This document shows, in pieces, positions 8,712 through 17,597 of a DNA stretch of 64,000 nt. How positions within the stretch are numbered: the first letter of the stretch is position 1; each line of letters starts with the position of its first letter. The position numbers were made by a program, and so were the translations under genes. The DNA comes from an uncultured Myxococcales bacterium (GTDB taxonomy: Bacteria; Myxococcota_A; UBA9042): positions 133,109 through 197,108 of the forward strand of contig CAIMEY010000002.1 of assembly GCA_903840165.1 (NCBI GenBank), written 5' to 3'. The notes below the pieces were generated by a model that was given only the letters and a program-made list of their open reading frames with translations, did not search any database and was not told the origin of the DNA.

Positions 8712-10073
8712 ATGGCCCCGACAGTGCGGATGCGCGCGATTGTGTTGACATTTTCAGTGCTTGGCGCCTGCCATTCGGCCACCCCGGCGGCTCCATCCGC
8801 GTCTGCCGATGCCACGTCCTCAGATGGTACCACCACGGCGCAAGACATTGTTTCCTTAGGTGATTCACCAACAGCTGATACGGCAAAGGCTGATGCAGCA
8901 AGTGGCGACGTGACCACGACCAGTGGCGACGCGCAGGCCTTTGTGCCGACCGTTCATCCGGACCTGCCCCAAGTGCTCAACATGGGCGGAAAAGTTCTTA
9001 CTAATCCGCGTGTTGTGCCAGTGCTCTACAGCGATGACCCCTATGGCGCGGACGTGCAGAAACTCCTGCAGCAGATTGCAGCAAGTACCTATTGGCCAAC
9101 GATTGCCAGTGAGTACGGCGTCGGTCCTTTGCAAGTAGGTTCGCCGATTCTGCAATCCGGCAAGGCGCCGGCCAAGTTGGCAGAAGGCGACACGTTGGCG
9201 TGGCTGGACAAGGGCTTGGCAGATCCTAGCACGCCTTGGGGCAAGGTGGATGCGAACACCATCTATATGCTCGTGATTCCGCCGCAGACGGACTTCATTT
9301 CCGGTACAGGGAGTGACGCTGTGTCCTGTTGCGCGGACCGCGGTGGCTACCATGACGAAGTGCAGCTCGCCGGTACCTTGGTACCCTATGCCGTGGTTTG
9401 TGCCTGTGCTTACCCGGAGTTGGGACTCAATGCCTTGGACGACCTGACCTCGACCATTGCCCATGAACTCATCGAGGCCGCCACAGACCCCTTTAGCGTC
9501 AGCGCGCCGGCCTTCAGTCAGCAGAGCAACGCTGATGCCGCCTGGACCGATATTTCCGACGGCGAGGTAGGGGATCTCTGCGAATTTAATCAGGATAGCA
9601 ACATCCACGTTTCGGGCATTGATTACCTCGTCACCCGCAGTTGGTCCAACCTTGCGGCGGCGGCGGGTCATGAGCCCTGCCTGCCATCGCCCGACCCGGG
9701 GCCCTATTTCGCCGCGGCGCCTTTGGTCAAGGATACTGTGAACATTCTGGATTTCCTCGGCAATCCGGTGCAGGCCAAGGGTGTCAAGATTGGGCTGGGG
9801 CAAAGCCGCACGGTGGATGTGCAACTCTTTAGTGACGGGCCGGTTTCTGGGCCCTGGCAGGTCAAGGCCTATGATTTTGAACAGGAAATTCAAGGACAAG
9901 CCAAGCCCAAGCTGGCCTTCACCTGGGATAAGAGCACCGGCAACAACGGCGATGTGCTGCACCTAACCATCCAAGTGCTGGCAACGGATAGCAATTGGGG
10001 CGGAGAGCTGTTCCTCATCGAGTCCAAGCTCGGCAGTCGCACCAGTGAATGGATGGGCGTCGTTGGCCAGTAG
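8712..10073 (+). CDS. Hypothetical secreted lipoprotein
   Basis: ORF 8667..10073. Internal start MAPTVRMRAIVLTFSVLGACHS (signal peptide with LGAC lipobox). An A/S/T/D-rich linker is followed by a ~400-aa globular region with no motif I can assign (HELIEA is present but is not HExxH). Confidence 0.55.
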   Translation: MAPTVRMRAIVLTFSVLGACHSATPAAPSASADATSSDGTTTAQDIVSLGDSPTADTAKADAASGDVTTTSGDAQAFVPTVHPDLPQVLNMGGKVLTNPRVVPVLYSDDPYGADVQKLLQQIAASTYWPTIASEYGVGPLQVGSPILQSGKAPAKLAEGDTLAWLDKGLADPSTPWGKVDANTIYMLVIPPQTDFISGTGSDAVSCCADRGGYHDEVQLAGTLVPYAVVCACAYPELGLNALDDLTSTIAHELIEAATDPFSVSAPAFSQQSNADAAWTDISDGEVGDLCEFNQDSNIHVSGIDYLVTRSWSNLAAAAGHEPCLPSPDPGPYFAAAPLVKDTVNILDFLGNPVQAKGVKIGLGQSRTVDVQLFSDGPVSGPWQVKAYDFEQEIQGQAKPKLAFTWDKSTGNNGDVLHLTIQVLATDSNWGGELFLIESKLGSRTSEWMGVVGQ

Positions 10074-10194
10074 CAAGGCACCGCTGCGCCGCAGACGTAC
10101 AACCGGCAAAGAGCTTGAAAGGCAAATGGTTTAATGACTGCGCCCAGTGCGTAGGCACTGGGAAGCACGCAACCGCTCGTCGCTTCACGACCCC

Positions 10195-10386
10195 CAAGTA
10201 CCTCAAACCCGAAGTTCCTTGCGGGTTCGAGGCACAGTGTTGGCTTCTAGTTTCAGCGGGGCCCGCGGCCCCCCTCGCCCGCCCGCGAGGGCTCACCCCT
10301 GCGTTCGGCCGGGTCCCCGGCTGCAAAGTCCACAACGCCGAGTCCGTTGCGGTAACCCGCAAAGGACTTAGGGTTACGTGTACTAG
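10195..10386 (-). repeat. Copy A of a MITE/REP-like repeat element (CTAGTAC-type terminal inverted repeats, internal hairpins), inverted relative to copy B at 37559-37805
   Basis: The reverse complement of 10195-10386 aligns along its length with 37559-37805. Shared blocks: ctagtacacgtaaccc..., ...ccgcaggggtgagccc..gggcgggcg..., ...tgaaactagaagc.aacactgt.cctc.aacccg..aggaacttcgggtt.gagg. Terminal hairpins include cctcaaacccg/cgggttcgagg. The right end GTGTACTAG contains the TAG stop of the SPOR gene. Confidence 0.55.
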
Positions 10387-12191
10387 TTCGCCGTTTGAAT
10401 CAACACGGTTTCGCCGCCCACAGCCGTTTCAAAGCCCTTCTGCGCCGCCTTGGCAGCGGCCTGATCGGCAAAGGGCCCGAGGCGCACGCGGTAAAAGGTG
10501 CCCTTCTCGGGAACTTCGCCAGCAAATACAGCGGATTTCATGCCCTTGGCAGTCAGCATTTCGGCAAAGGAATCGGCGTCTGCCTGGGTCCGAAAGGACT
10601 TCACCTGCACCATCCACTTGCCGCCGGCATTCTTGTTGCCTGAGGCCGCCCCCTTGGCCTCGCCTTTTCTCTGCGGCTGAACTGCCTTGGCTGCGGCTTG
10701 GCGCTCTGCTTCTGCCTTTTCCTGCGCCGCCTTGTCCCTGTCTGCCCGGTCCTGGTCGGCCTTGGACTTGGCCGCCTTCTCCGCTTGAGCGCGCGCCTGG
10801 GCTTGTTTGGCCGCCACCTGCTCCTGTGCTTGCGCTTGCGCCTTGGCCGCCTTTTCCTCAGAGGCCTTCTGCTCGGCCGCCTTCAGGTTAGACTGCCTCT
10901 CAGATTCCTTCTTTCCTTTCAAAGCTTTGGCTGCTGCCACCTTGTCACGCTCGGCCTGGGCCTTGGCCGTCTTCTCGGCCGCAGCCTTTTCGGTCGCGGC
11001 CTTCTCTGCAGCTCGCTTGTCCGCTTCTTTCTTTTCTTTCGCAGCCTTTGCCGCAGCCACCTTGTCGCGCACAGCCTTGGCCTTGGCAGCCTTTTGCGCC
11101 AGCGCCTCTTGCTTAGCAGCCTTCTCCGCGGCAATTCGCTCGGCTTCTTCCTTTTCTTTCGTGGCCTTGGCTGCTGCCACCCTTTCCTTGGCCGCCTTTG
11201 CCTTGGCCGCCTTGTCAGCCAATGCCTTCTCCTTGGCGGCCTTCTGCGCTGCTAGGCGTACGGCGTCCGCTTGGGCCTCGGCCGCTCTTTCGGCTTCTGC
11301 CCTTTCTTTCGCGGCCTTGGCTGCTGCCGCCTTCTCGGCCGCGGCCTTTTCCTTGGCGGCCTTTTCTGTTGCAGCTTTGACGGCTTGCTGCCGTTCTCGG
11401 GCTTCCTTCTCCGCTTTAGCCCGTTGTTCTTCGGCCTTGCGTTCGGCTTCGGCCCGGGCGGCCGCGGCTTCCCGTTCAGCCTTGGCACGCAGTTCCGCTG
11501 CCTCACGTTCAGCTTTTACACGTAATTCTAAAGCCTTACGGTCCGCTTCGGCCTTGGCTTCTGCCGCACGTTTGGCCGCTGCAGCGTTCTCGAGCGCAGC
11601 CGCCTCCTGGGCTTTTGCAAGTTCAATCGCCGCCTTGCGCTTCGCCTCGGCCTCTGCCTTTGCCGCAGCTTCTTCCCGGGCTTTGCGTTCGGCAGCTGCT
11701 TTTTCCGCAGCGAGCCGTTCTGCCTGGGCCTTCCTTGCGGCGAGTTCCTTCTCTTCTGCAGCCTTTTCAGCAGCTTGAGCCGCGGCCGCACGACGGTCCG
11801 TCTCAGCCTTTTCAGCGGCGGCACGTTGGGCGGCGAGGGCTTGTTCGGGCACATCGGCGTGGGCACTTGCCGGCAGCATTTTAGCTACATGATCAGCAGG
11901 TTGCGGGAGTGGCTCTGGAGGCGGATTGAGCGGGGCCGGAATGATCGGGGCCTCCGCCTTTGCTCTAGGTGCCGCGGCAGGGGGAAGGGCAACCTCAGGC
12001 GTCGCCTCAGCTTTTGGCGGTGTCTGGCTGCCTTGCGCCACGGGTGGCGGCTCTTGACGGCCTAGGTGGTAGCCCACAGCGAACGTCACCGCCAGCGCCA
12101 CAGCACCGACGATGCCAAAGCGCAAAATGTCCCGCACTTCCAGGTGCAAAATCAAGCGTTCGCGCACGCGGTCAAAGTCGCGCAGGGCCAT
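10383..12191 (-). CDS. SPOR-domain protein (FtsN/DamX/TolA-like): N-terminal TM anchor, long Ala/Lys/Glu-rich repetitive helical region, C-terminal SPOR peptidoglycan-binding domain
   Basis: 602-aa ORF. MALRDFDRVRERLILHLEVRDILRFGIVGAVALAVTFAVGYHLG (TM segment). ~400 aa of degenerate AEKAAKEKA repeats. C-terminal WMVQVKSFRTQADADSFAEMLTAKGMKSAVFAGEVPEKGTFYRVRLGPFADQAAAKAAQ is a SPOR-domain signature. Confidence 0.85.
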   Translation of the reverse strand: MALRDFDRVRERLILHLEVRDILRFGIVGAVALAVTFAVGYHLGRQEPPPVAQGSQTPPKAEATPEVALPPAAAPRAKAEAPIIPAPLNPPPEPLPQPADHVAKMLPASAHADVPEQALAAQRAAAEKAETDRRAAAAQAAEKAAEEKELAARKAQAERLAAEKAAAERKAREEAAAKAEAEAKRKAAIELAKAQEAAALENAAAAKRAAEAKAEADRKALELRVKAEREAAELRAKAEREAAAARAEAERKAEEQRAKAEKEARERQQAVKAATEKAAKEKAAAEKAAAAKAAKERAEAERAAEAQADAVRLAAQKAAKEKALADKAAKAKAAKERVAAAKATKEKEEAERIAAEKAAKQEALAQKAAKAKAVRDKVAAAKAAKEKKEADKRAAEKAATEKAAAEKTAKAQAERDKVAAAKALKGKKESERQSNLKAAEQKASEEKAAKAQAQAQEQVAAKQAQARAQAEKAAKSKADQDRADRDKAAQEKAEAERQAAAKAVQPQRKGEAKGAASGNKNAGGKWMVQVKSFRTQADADSFAEMLTAKGMKSAVFAGEVPEKGTFYRVRLGPFADQAAAKAAQKGFETAVGGETVLIQTAN

Positions 12192-12284
12192 CGAATTCCT
12201 CGTGGCTCAGGGGGGCATCCTCGCCACTACTCGAATGTACGCCAATATCGCCAAAGGCCAAAGAATGTTGTCTTTTGCCGCGGT

Positions 12285-14279
12285 CTACGCGGTTGGCTCG
12301 GCGTCTTCTTGCAGCGACTGCATGCGGTCCGGCGCGGTGACGCCAAGTAGCTGTAAACCATTGTGGATCACATGCTTAAGCGCGAGCACCAGGCTCAGAC
12401 GCGCCTGGGTCAGCAGCAAATCATCACTGATTACACGGGCATCGGTCTTGCCGCGCGTGTAGTACGCGTGAAAGGCGCGGCAGGTGTCCAGCAGCCAGAA
12501 CGCCAGCTGATGGGGTTCACGCGCTTTGGCGGCGCGCGCAACAATCTCAGGGAATTCCGCCAAGATCATGCAGAGATTGCGCTCGTCATCCAGAGCCAAG
12601 CTGCGCAGTTCGGCGTGGGCCTGCCAGGGCTGCCCGGCTTCCTCCGCCTTACTCAGCACCGAGGCCAACCGCGCATGGCCGTATTGGACGTAGTACACCG
12701 GATTGTCCATTGAAGTTCGGCGGGCAATTTCCAAATCAAAATCAAGCTGTGCGTCCGCCTTGCGCATCAGGAAGAGAAAGCGCACAGCATTGCGGCCGCT
12801 GCTCGGCTCGGCCGTGGTCACTTCTTCGATCACGTCGCGCAGGGTCACAAACTCCCCGGAACGCTTGCCCATGGGCACTGGCTTGCCGTCCCGCAGCAGT
12901 GCAACCATTTGAACCAGCAGGACTTCTAGGCGATCGCCAGTCCAGCGTGCCGCCCGTGGATCGCCTTCTTGGCGGCGAAGGTCGCCCAAAGCCTGCAGCA
13001 CGCCCTGCAACCTGGGCACGTAGCCATGGTGATCGGCGCCCAAGATATTGATAAGATGATCAAATCCTCGAGCCAGCTTGTCGTCGTGGTAGGCAATGTC
13101 CGCGGCGAAATAGGTCGGCCGACCATCGGAGCGCAGAATGACCCGGTCCTTGCTGTCAAGGAAGCGGGCCGGCATGTCTTCGCGGGTGCCACGGAAGAAA
13201 ACGGCGCGCCCATGCAGGGTTTCGCCTTCTTCGTCAGCGCCGACGCTCTCTTGCTCATAGGCCCATTTGGCGGCCTGCAGGCGCTTGGCACAATCAGCGA
13301 CGGCATTTGCGCCTTGATTTTCAAGGCCATGCAGGGACCGCTCACTGAACCAACGGTCAAAGCCGATGCCGAGCAGGGCCAAGTCCGCCTTAATGCGCAA
13401 GAGCATTTGCTGCCAGGCGGCAATTGAAACACGGCGGTTGTCCGCACGACCCTCGGCATTTTCCGGTTCAGCTACGGCCCAGGCTGCGTCATCGTCCCAG
13501 CGCGCCTGATGGGCCGCCGCTGCGTACTCGCTCGTCACTGCAAAAGTCTCTGCAATCTGCGCAACGTAGCCGCCACGGTAGCCATCTTCTGGGAAACCTT
13601 TGGGAAATCCGGCAGGAAAGGCCACTGGATCGCCCTGGGCCCAGGTTGCCAGTGCCGACTGGCGAAGCGCTGATGCACGTAGCCAATGCCAAACACTTTC
13701 ACCTAGTTTGCCGATCTGATTGCCAACATTGTTGACATAATACTCCGTCGCCACCGCATAGCCCGAGGCCCGCAGCACCCGCGCCAGGGCATCACCCAAG
13801 ACGGCACCGCGCCCGTGGCCGACGTGCAATGGGCCGGTCGGATTGGCACTGACGAACTCCAGCAGCACACGTTCACCGGCTCCCGAACGGTTATTACCAT
13901 ACGTTTCAGGGGTGTGGAGCACATCGGTCACGGCCGACTGCCATGCGTTCGCAGCGAGCCGTAGGTTGACAAAGCCCGGGCCGGCCAGTTCCGCAGCGGC
14001 CAAAAGGCCATGCGTATCGGCCTGTTTTAAAAGCGCAATCAAGCGTTCTGCCACCGCGCGAGGATTGCTCTTGGCCACCTTAGCGAGTGAAAATGCCAAG
14101 TTGGTCGCAAGGTCGCCATGGCTTGCCTGCCGCGGACGCTCCAACGGCACCTGGCTAGGGGCGATCGCATCGGGGAAAAATCCTTCATGTACGCCAATTT
14201 CAATGGCATCAGCCACCAACTGGCGCACGCGTTGGTACAGGCCCGCAGGGGCAAGGGGGGCAGGGTGCAGGTCGCTCAT
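12285..14279 (-). CDS. argS: Arginine--tRNA ligase
   Basis: 664 aa. HIGH motif region FVSANPTGPLHVGHGRGAVLGDALARVL. N-terminal anticodon-binding region with HGDLATNLAFSLAK. Characteristic C-terminal DALR-like domain. Confidence 0.95.
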   Translation of the reverse strand: MSDLHPAPLAPAGLYQRVRQLVADAIEIGVHEGFFPDAIAPSQVPLERPRQASHGDLATNLAFSLAKVAKSNPRAVAERLIALLKQADTHGLLAAAELAGPGFVNLRLAANAWQSAVTDVLHTPETYGNNRSGAGERVLLEFVSANPTGPLHVGHGRGAVLGDALARVLRASGYAVATEYYVNNVGNQIGKLGESVWHWLRASALRQSALATWAQGDPVAFPAGFPKGFPEDGYRGGYVAQIAETFAVTSEYAAAAHQARWDDDAAWAVAEPENAEGRADNRRVSIAAWQQMLLRIKADLALLGIGFDRWFSERSLHGLENQGANAVADCAKRLQAAKWAYEQESVGADEEGETLHGRAVFFRGTREDMPARFLDSKDRVILRSDGRPTYFAADIAYHDDKLARGFDHLINILGADHHGYVPRLQGVLQALGDLRRQEGDPRAARWTGDRLEVLLVQMVALLRDGKPVPMGKRSGEFVTLRDVIEEVTTAEPSSGRNAVRFLFLMRKADAQLDFDLEIARRTSMDNPVYYVQYGHARLASVLSKAEEAGQPWQAHAELRSLALDDERNLCMILAEFPEIVARAAKAREPHQLAFWLLDTCRAFHAYYTRGKTDARVISDDLLLTQARLSLVLALKHVIHNGLQLLGVTAPDRMQSLQEDAEPTA

Positions 14280-14917
14280 CGGCTGTCGGTCACCGCGGGC
14301 TCAGGCCAGTTCCGCATAGGATAACTGGTTGAGCAGACAAGGGATCTCTGTCTTCCATGGCTGAGCGGGGCAAGATGCACCAGCAACGCAACCCAGTCAC
14401 CGCGTGATCCAGGCCGCGGCGAGGTGCGCAGAATAGCCCAGATTGGTCAGCATCGGCCACCACTACCCGTGCATCGCGTCGGCCATCGCCCCACACAGTC
14501 GGGGCCCGGCGGTCAGGCTCGGCAGCGATTCTGCTTGCAATGGCGGCAGTGGACACATCAAACTAGCTAACAAATAAAGGGAATTCGGGTAGATAGCGGC
14601 GACACGGTAGTCGGTTCTACGTCGGCCCGGCCAACTGAGCGGCGAACTGACCCCGGCGACCGAGCGCGTGCGCCGTTCTGCGGATACCGTGATCAACTCG
14701 GCGCCACCGGGCCCATCGTCGCCCAACCATGGACGCTTCGAGAGAGTATAACATCTTGGATTTGATGGTAAATAGCGTCTAACGTCTTCGGACTCAGCCG
14801 TGCCACCGTCAGCACCTCAAAGCGAACAGGCCTGACGCGAAGTGTCGCAGCCAAAAACTGGCCAACTTCGCGGCGTACGGTACCCTCAAGACCAGCCGCC
14901 GGGCCGAGTAGGGTGCC

Positions 14918-15736
14918 ATGTCGACCACGATCGCCCAGACGATGTCCTTTGAAATCAAGCTTCTCAAAGCCTTGGTGCGTTGGCCCATCCGCCTAATTGA
15001 TGCCGTGGGCGCGGCCGTCCTGTTCGCGAGCCAGGCTCTGTTGGCAAGCGTGCGTCCTCCCTATCGATACAGCAACTATATCGCGATCTTCGAGTTCGTC
15101 GGCGTCGGTTCCTTGGGCATCGTCTTGCTCACCGGGGCCTTCACCGGCGCCGTCTTTGCGATCCAGACGGCCATTGCCTTCGAACTGTTCAATGCCAAAA
15201 GTCTTATCGGCGGCAGCGTAGCCATGGCCCTACTGCGCGAGTTGGCCCCGAGCATGGGCGCGCTCATGGTGGCCGGACGCGTTGGTTCGGCGATGTGCAC
15301 GGAATTAGGGACAATGCGGGTAACTGAGCAAATAGACGCTTTGGAGACCATGGCGGTCGACCCCGTGCATTACCTCGTTGCGCCGCGCATCATCGCGTGT
15401 ACGTTGATGATGCCGATGCTAGCCGTCTGTTTCGCCGCGATTGGTCTCGCCGGCGCTTGGGTCGTGTCCACGCAACTGCTTGGCATTGATACGCAATCTT
15501 TCTTGAGCCGCATCGTGCTGTGGGTCAGGCCCTCGGACGTCCTCTGCACCGTAGTCAAGGGCACGTTTTTCGGCCTGATCATCGGCAGCATCGCCTCCTG
15601 GCGCGGCTTTCTCGCCACCGGTGGCTCGCGGGGCGTGGGCTTGGCGACGACCAGCACCGTGGTCACGTCGTCGGTGACCATCCTGCTGGTCGATTACCTC
15701 ATCACGTCGGTGTGGCTGCAGGTCTTCAAACGCTGA
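14918..15736 (+). CDS. mlaE: MlaE-family ABC transporter permease (phospholipid/lipid asymmetry maintenance)
   Basis: 272 aa. Multi-TM with the TEQIDALETMAVDP signature (MlaE EEIDAL motif). No mlaF/mlaD neighbours in the window. Confidence 0.85.
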   Translation: MSTTIAQTMSFEIKLLKALVRWPIRLIDAVGAAVLFASQALLASVRPPYRYSNYIAIFEFVGVGSLGIVLLTGAFTGAVFAIQTAIAFELFNAKSLIGGSVAMALLRELAPSMGALMVAGRVGSAMCTELGTMRVTEQIDALETMAVDPVHYLVAPRIIACTLMMPMLAVCFAAIGLAGAWVVSTQLLGIDTQSFLSRIVLWVRPSDVLCTVVKGTFFGLIIGSIASWRGFLATGGSRGVGLATTSTVVTSSVTILLVDYLITSVWLQVFKR

Positions 15737-15788
15737 ATCGCGCAATTAACGCGTTATTGCAAGAAGTTTGACCCTTGATATACAACGC

Positions 15789-17597
15789 TCATGGGGCGGC
15801 CAAACAGCGCAGCGCATCGATCGCCGTCGCGACCTGTTCGTCCGCCTTTTGCCGGGGAAAGAGCTCCGTCGCCGCCTGATGTCGCTGTTGCCGAGCTTGA
15901 GCGACACATGCCAAAAGCATCTTATTTGCAAGGGGATTGACCGTGGTACTACAGTTGTCGGCGGCTAGATGCTGACTCAAATCGGCCTCGCGCATGCCCG
16001 CAGCCTGAGCGCCGCCGAGTTCGCGCGTCGTCAGCACATCCGGCGTGACACCAACGGCTTGCAAACAACCGCCGGCCGGACCGTAGTACCGGGCGATCGT
16101 CACTTTGACGAAGTAGGGCGACGAAAACGGCCGAATCAGCTTCTGCATCGAGGCCTTGCCATACGTCTGATCGCCGACGATCAGAGCCCGGCCATTCTCG
16201 CGCAGTGCGGCCGTCAGCGCCTCGCAGGCTGACGCGCAGCCACCATTGACAAGAACAACCAGGGGTTGCAGCACATCGAACTCGTCCTTCTTGGCCGGCG
16301 CGACGATGTCCTCTTGGTTGCGCCGCTTGACGCGCACGATAGACCCCTGCCGCAGGAACAGGTCGGCCACGGCCACAGCTTCATCCAGCACGCCGCCGCC
16401 ATTGTCGCGCAGATCGAGAATCCACCCTTGAATCGGGGACTTGTCGCTGCGCATCGCTTGTTCCATGGCAGCCCAGGTCCGCAGGCCCGTCTTGTCGACG
16501 AACTCCGTCAAATGCAGCAAACCCACTTGATTCATACGCTGATCGCCGCGCGCCGCGATTCGCCACGCCTCGGCGTCGGGCGTCATCTCCACACGTCGTG
16601 TCAACGTCAGGTGTCGCGTGCGCTTGTCGCGCATGAGCCCCAGCACCACCTTGGTCCCCTCCTTGCCGCCCAGCGCTTTTTCCAGTTCGGGTGCGGACTT
16701 ACCTGTGGTCGGTTCCTTGTCCAGCGTCAGCAGTTGGTCCCCTACACGTACGTCCGCCTGCCACGCAGGGCTATTACGCGTCACATCATCAACCAAAATG
16801 CGGTCTTTCCCTGCCGGAGCTAGGTGAAGACCGACATCCGCTGTTGCGGCGGCCGTCACTGGCTGATTCACGCGCGTCCAAAACGCGGCAGAAACCAAGT
16901 CACTGTGGGCATCCAGGGCCTTGAGGTACGCAGAAGCTGCGTTAATCCAAGCGAAATCGGCTCCGCCCCCTGGCGCGCGTGCTTGTTCATCGCCGTTTTC
17001 AGGGGTTCGCGGGCCGCCCAATCCTTGGCGCAGTGCCTCGCGTTCCAGCCAGGCCATGGCACAGTCGAAGTCCTTGCGCGCAAAGCCAATTTTCGCCCAA
17101 GCCTGATCCACCAGCGCCTGCCGTTCGCGCACAACCTCGCGGTTTTGGGTCGTAGCTAGGCCCGGTTCGGGCCGCCACTGTTCCGCCGCCGGGGGAATCC
17201 GATGCATGACCACGCCGGTCATCGCGTGTCCCCCACACATCATCGGCTCGGCAACACCTGAGTAACGCCCATGATCTTCAGGCTTTTGCCCGCGATTGCT
17301 CAGGAATTCGGCAGGAAGCAACTCTGCTGTCGGTGTCAGGGTCCACAGCGCTCCGTTGGCCGCGCGAATCCAGGTTTGCGGCGAATCGGAAATAACATCA
17401 AGCCAGTTCTCAGCAGCCGTCTTGCGGACCTGCTCAAACTGCGTTGGGCCAAAAGTAACGCCGCGCCAGTCTTTGACGGTGCCGAGCAACGCCAAAGGTC
17501 GTGAAAAATCATCGGCATCTGCTGCCAACGCCACAGGGGGCAGGAGCAGTACCGCGCCCACTAGCAGCGAGGTTTGAAAAACGATGCGTGAATTCAT
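15789..17597 (-). CDS. S41-family C-terminal processing peptidase (Ctp/Tsp-like) with PDZ domain, secreted
   Basis: ORF 15789..17687. Start proposed at internal MNSRIVFQTSLLVGAVLLLPPVALAADA (signal peptide; minus ATG at 17597). ILDLRDNGGG, TYGKAS (catalytic Lys) and SASACE motifs, plus a PDZ-like segment. Confidence 0.85.
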   Translation of the reverse strand: MNSRIVFQTSLLVGAVLLLPPVALAADADDFSRPLALLGTVKDWRGVTFGPTQFEQVRKTAAENWLDVISDSPQTWIRAANGALWTLTPTAELLPAEFLSNRGQKPEDHGRYSGVAEPMMCGGHAMTGVVMHRIPPAAEQWRPEPGLATTQNREVVRERQALVDQAWAKIGFARKDFDCAMAWLEREALRQGLGGPRTPENGDEQARAPGGGADFAWINAASAYLKALDAHSDLVSAAFWTRVNQPVTAAATADVGLHLAPAGKDRILVDDVTRNSPAWQADVRVGDQLLTLDKEPTTGKSAPELEKALGGKEGTKVVLGLMRDKRTRHLTLTRRVEMTPDAEAWRIAARGDQRMNQVGLLHLTEFVDKTGLRTWAAMEQAMRSDKSPIQGWILDLRDNGGGVLDEAVAVADLFLRQGSIVRVKRRNQEDIVAPAKKDEFDVLQPLVVLVNGGCASACEALTAALRENGRALIVGDQTYGKASMQKLIRPFSSPYFVKVTIARYYGPAGGCLQAVGVTPDVLTTRELGGAQAAGMREADLSQHLAADNCSTTVNPLANKMLLACVAQARQQRHQAATELFPRQKADEQVATAIDALRCLAAP

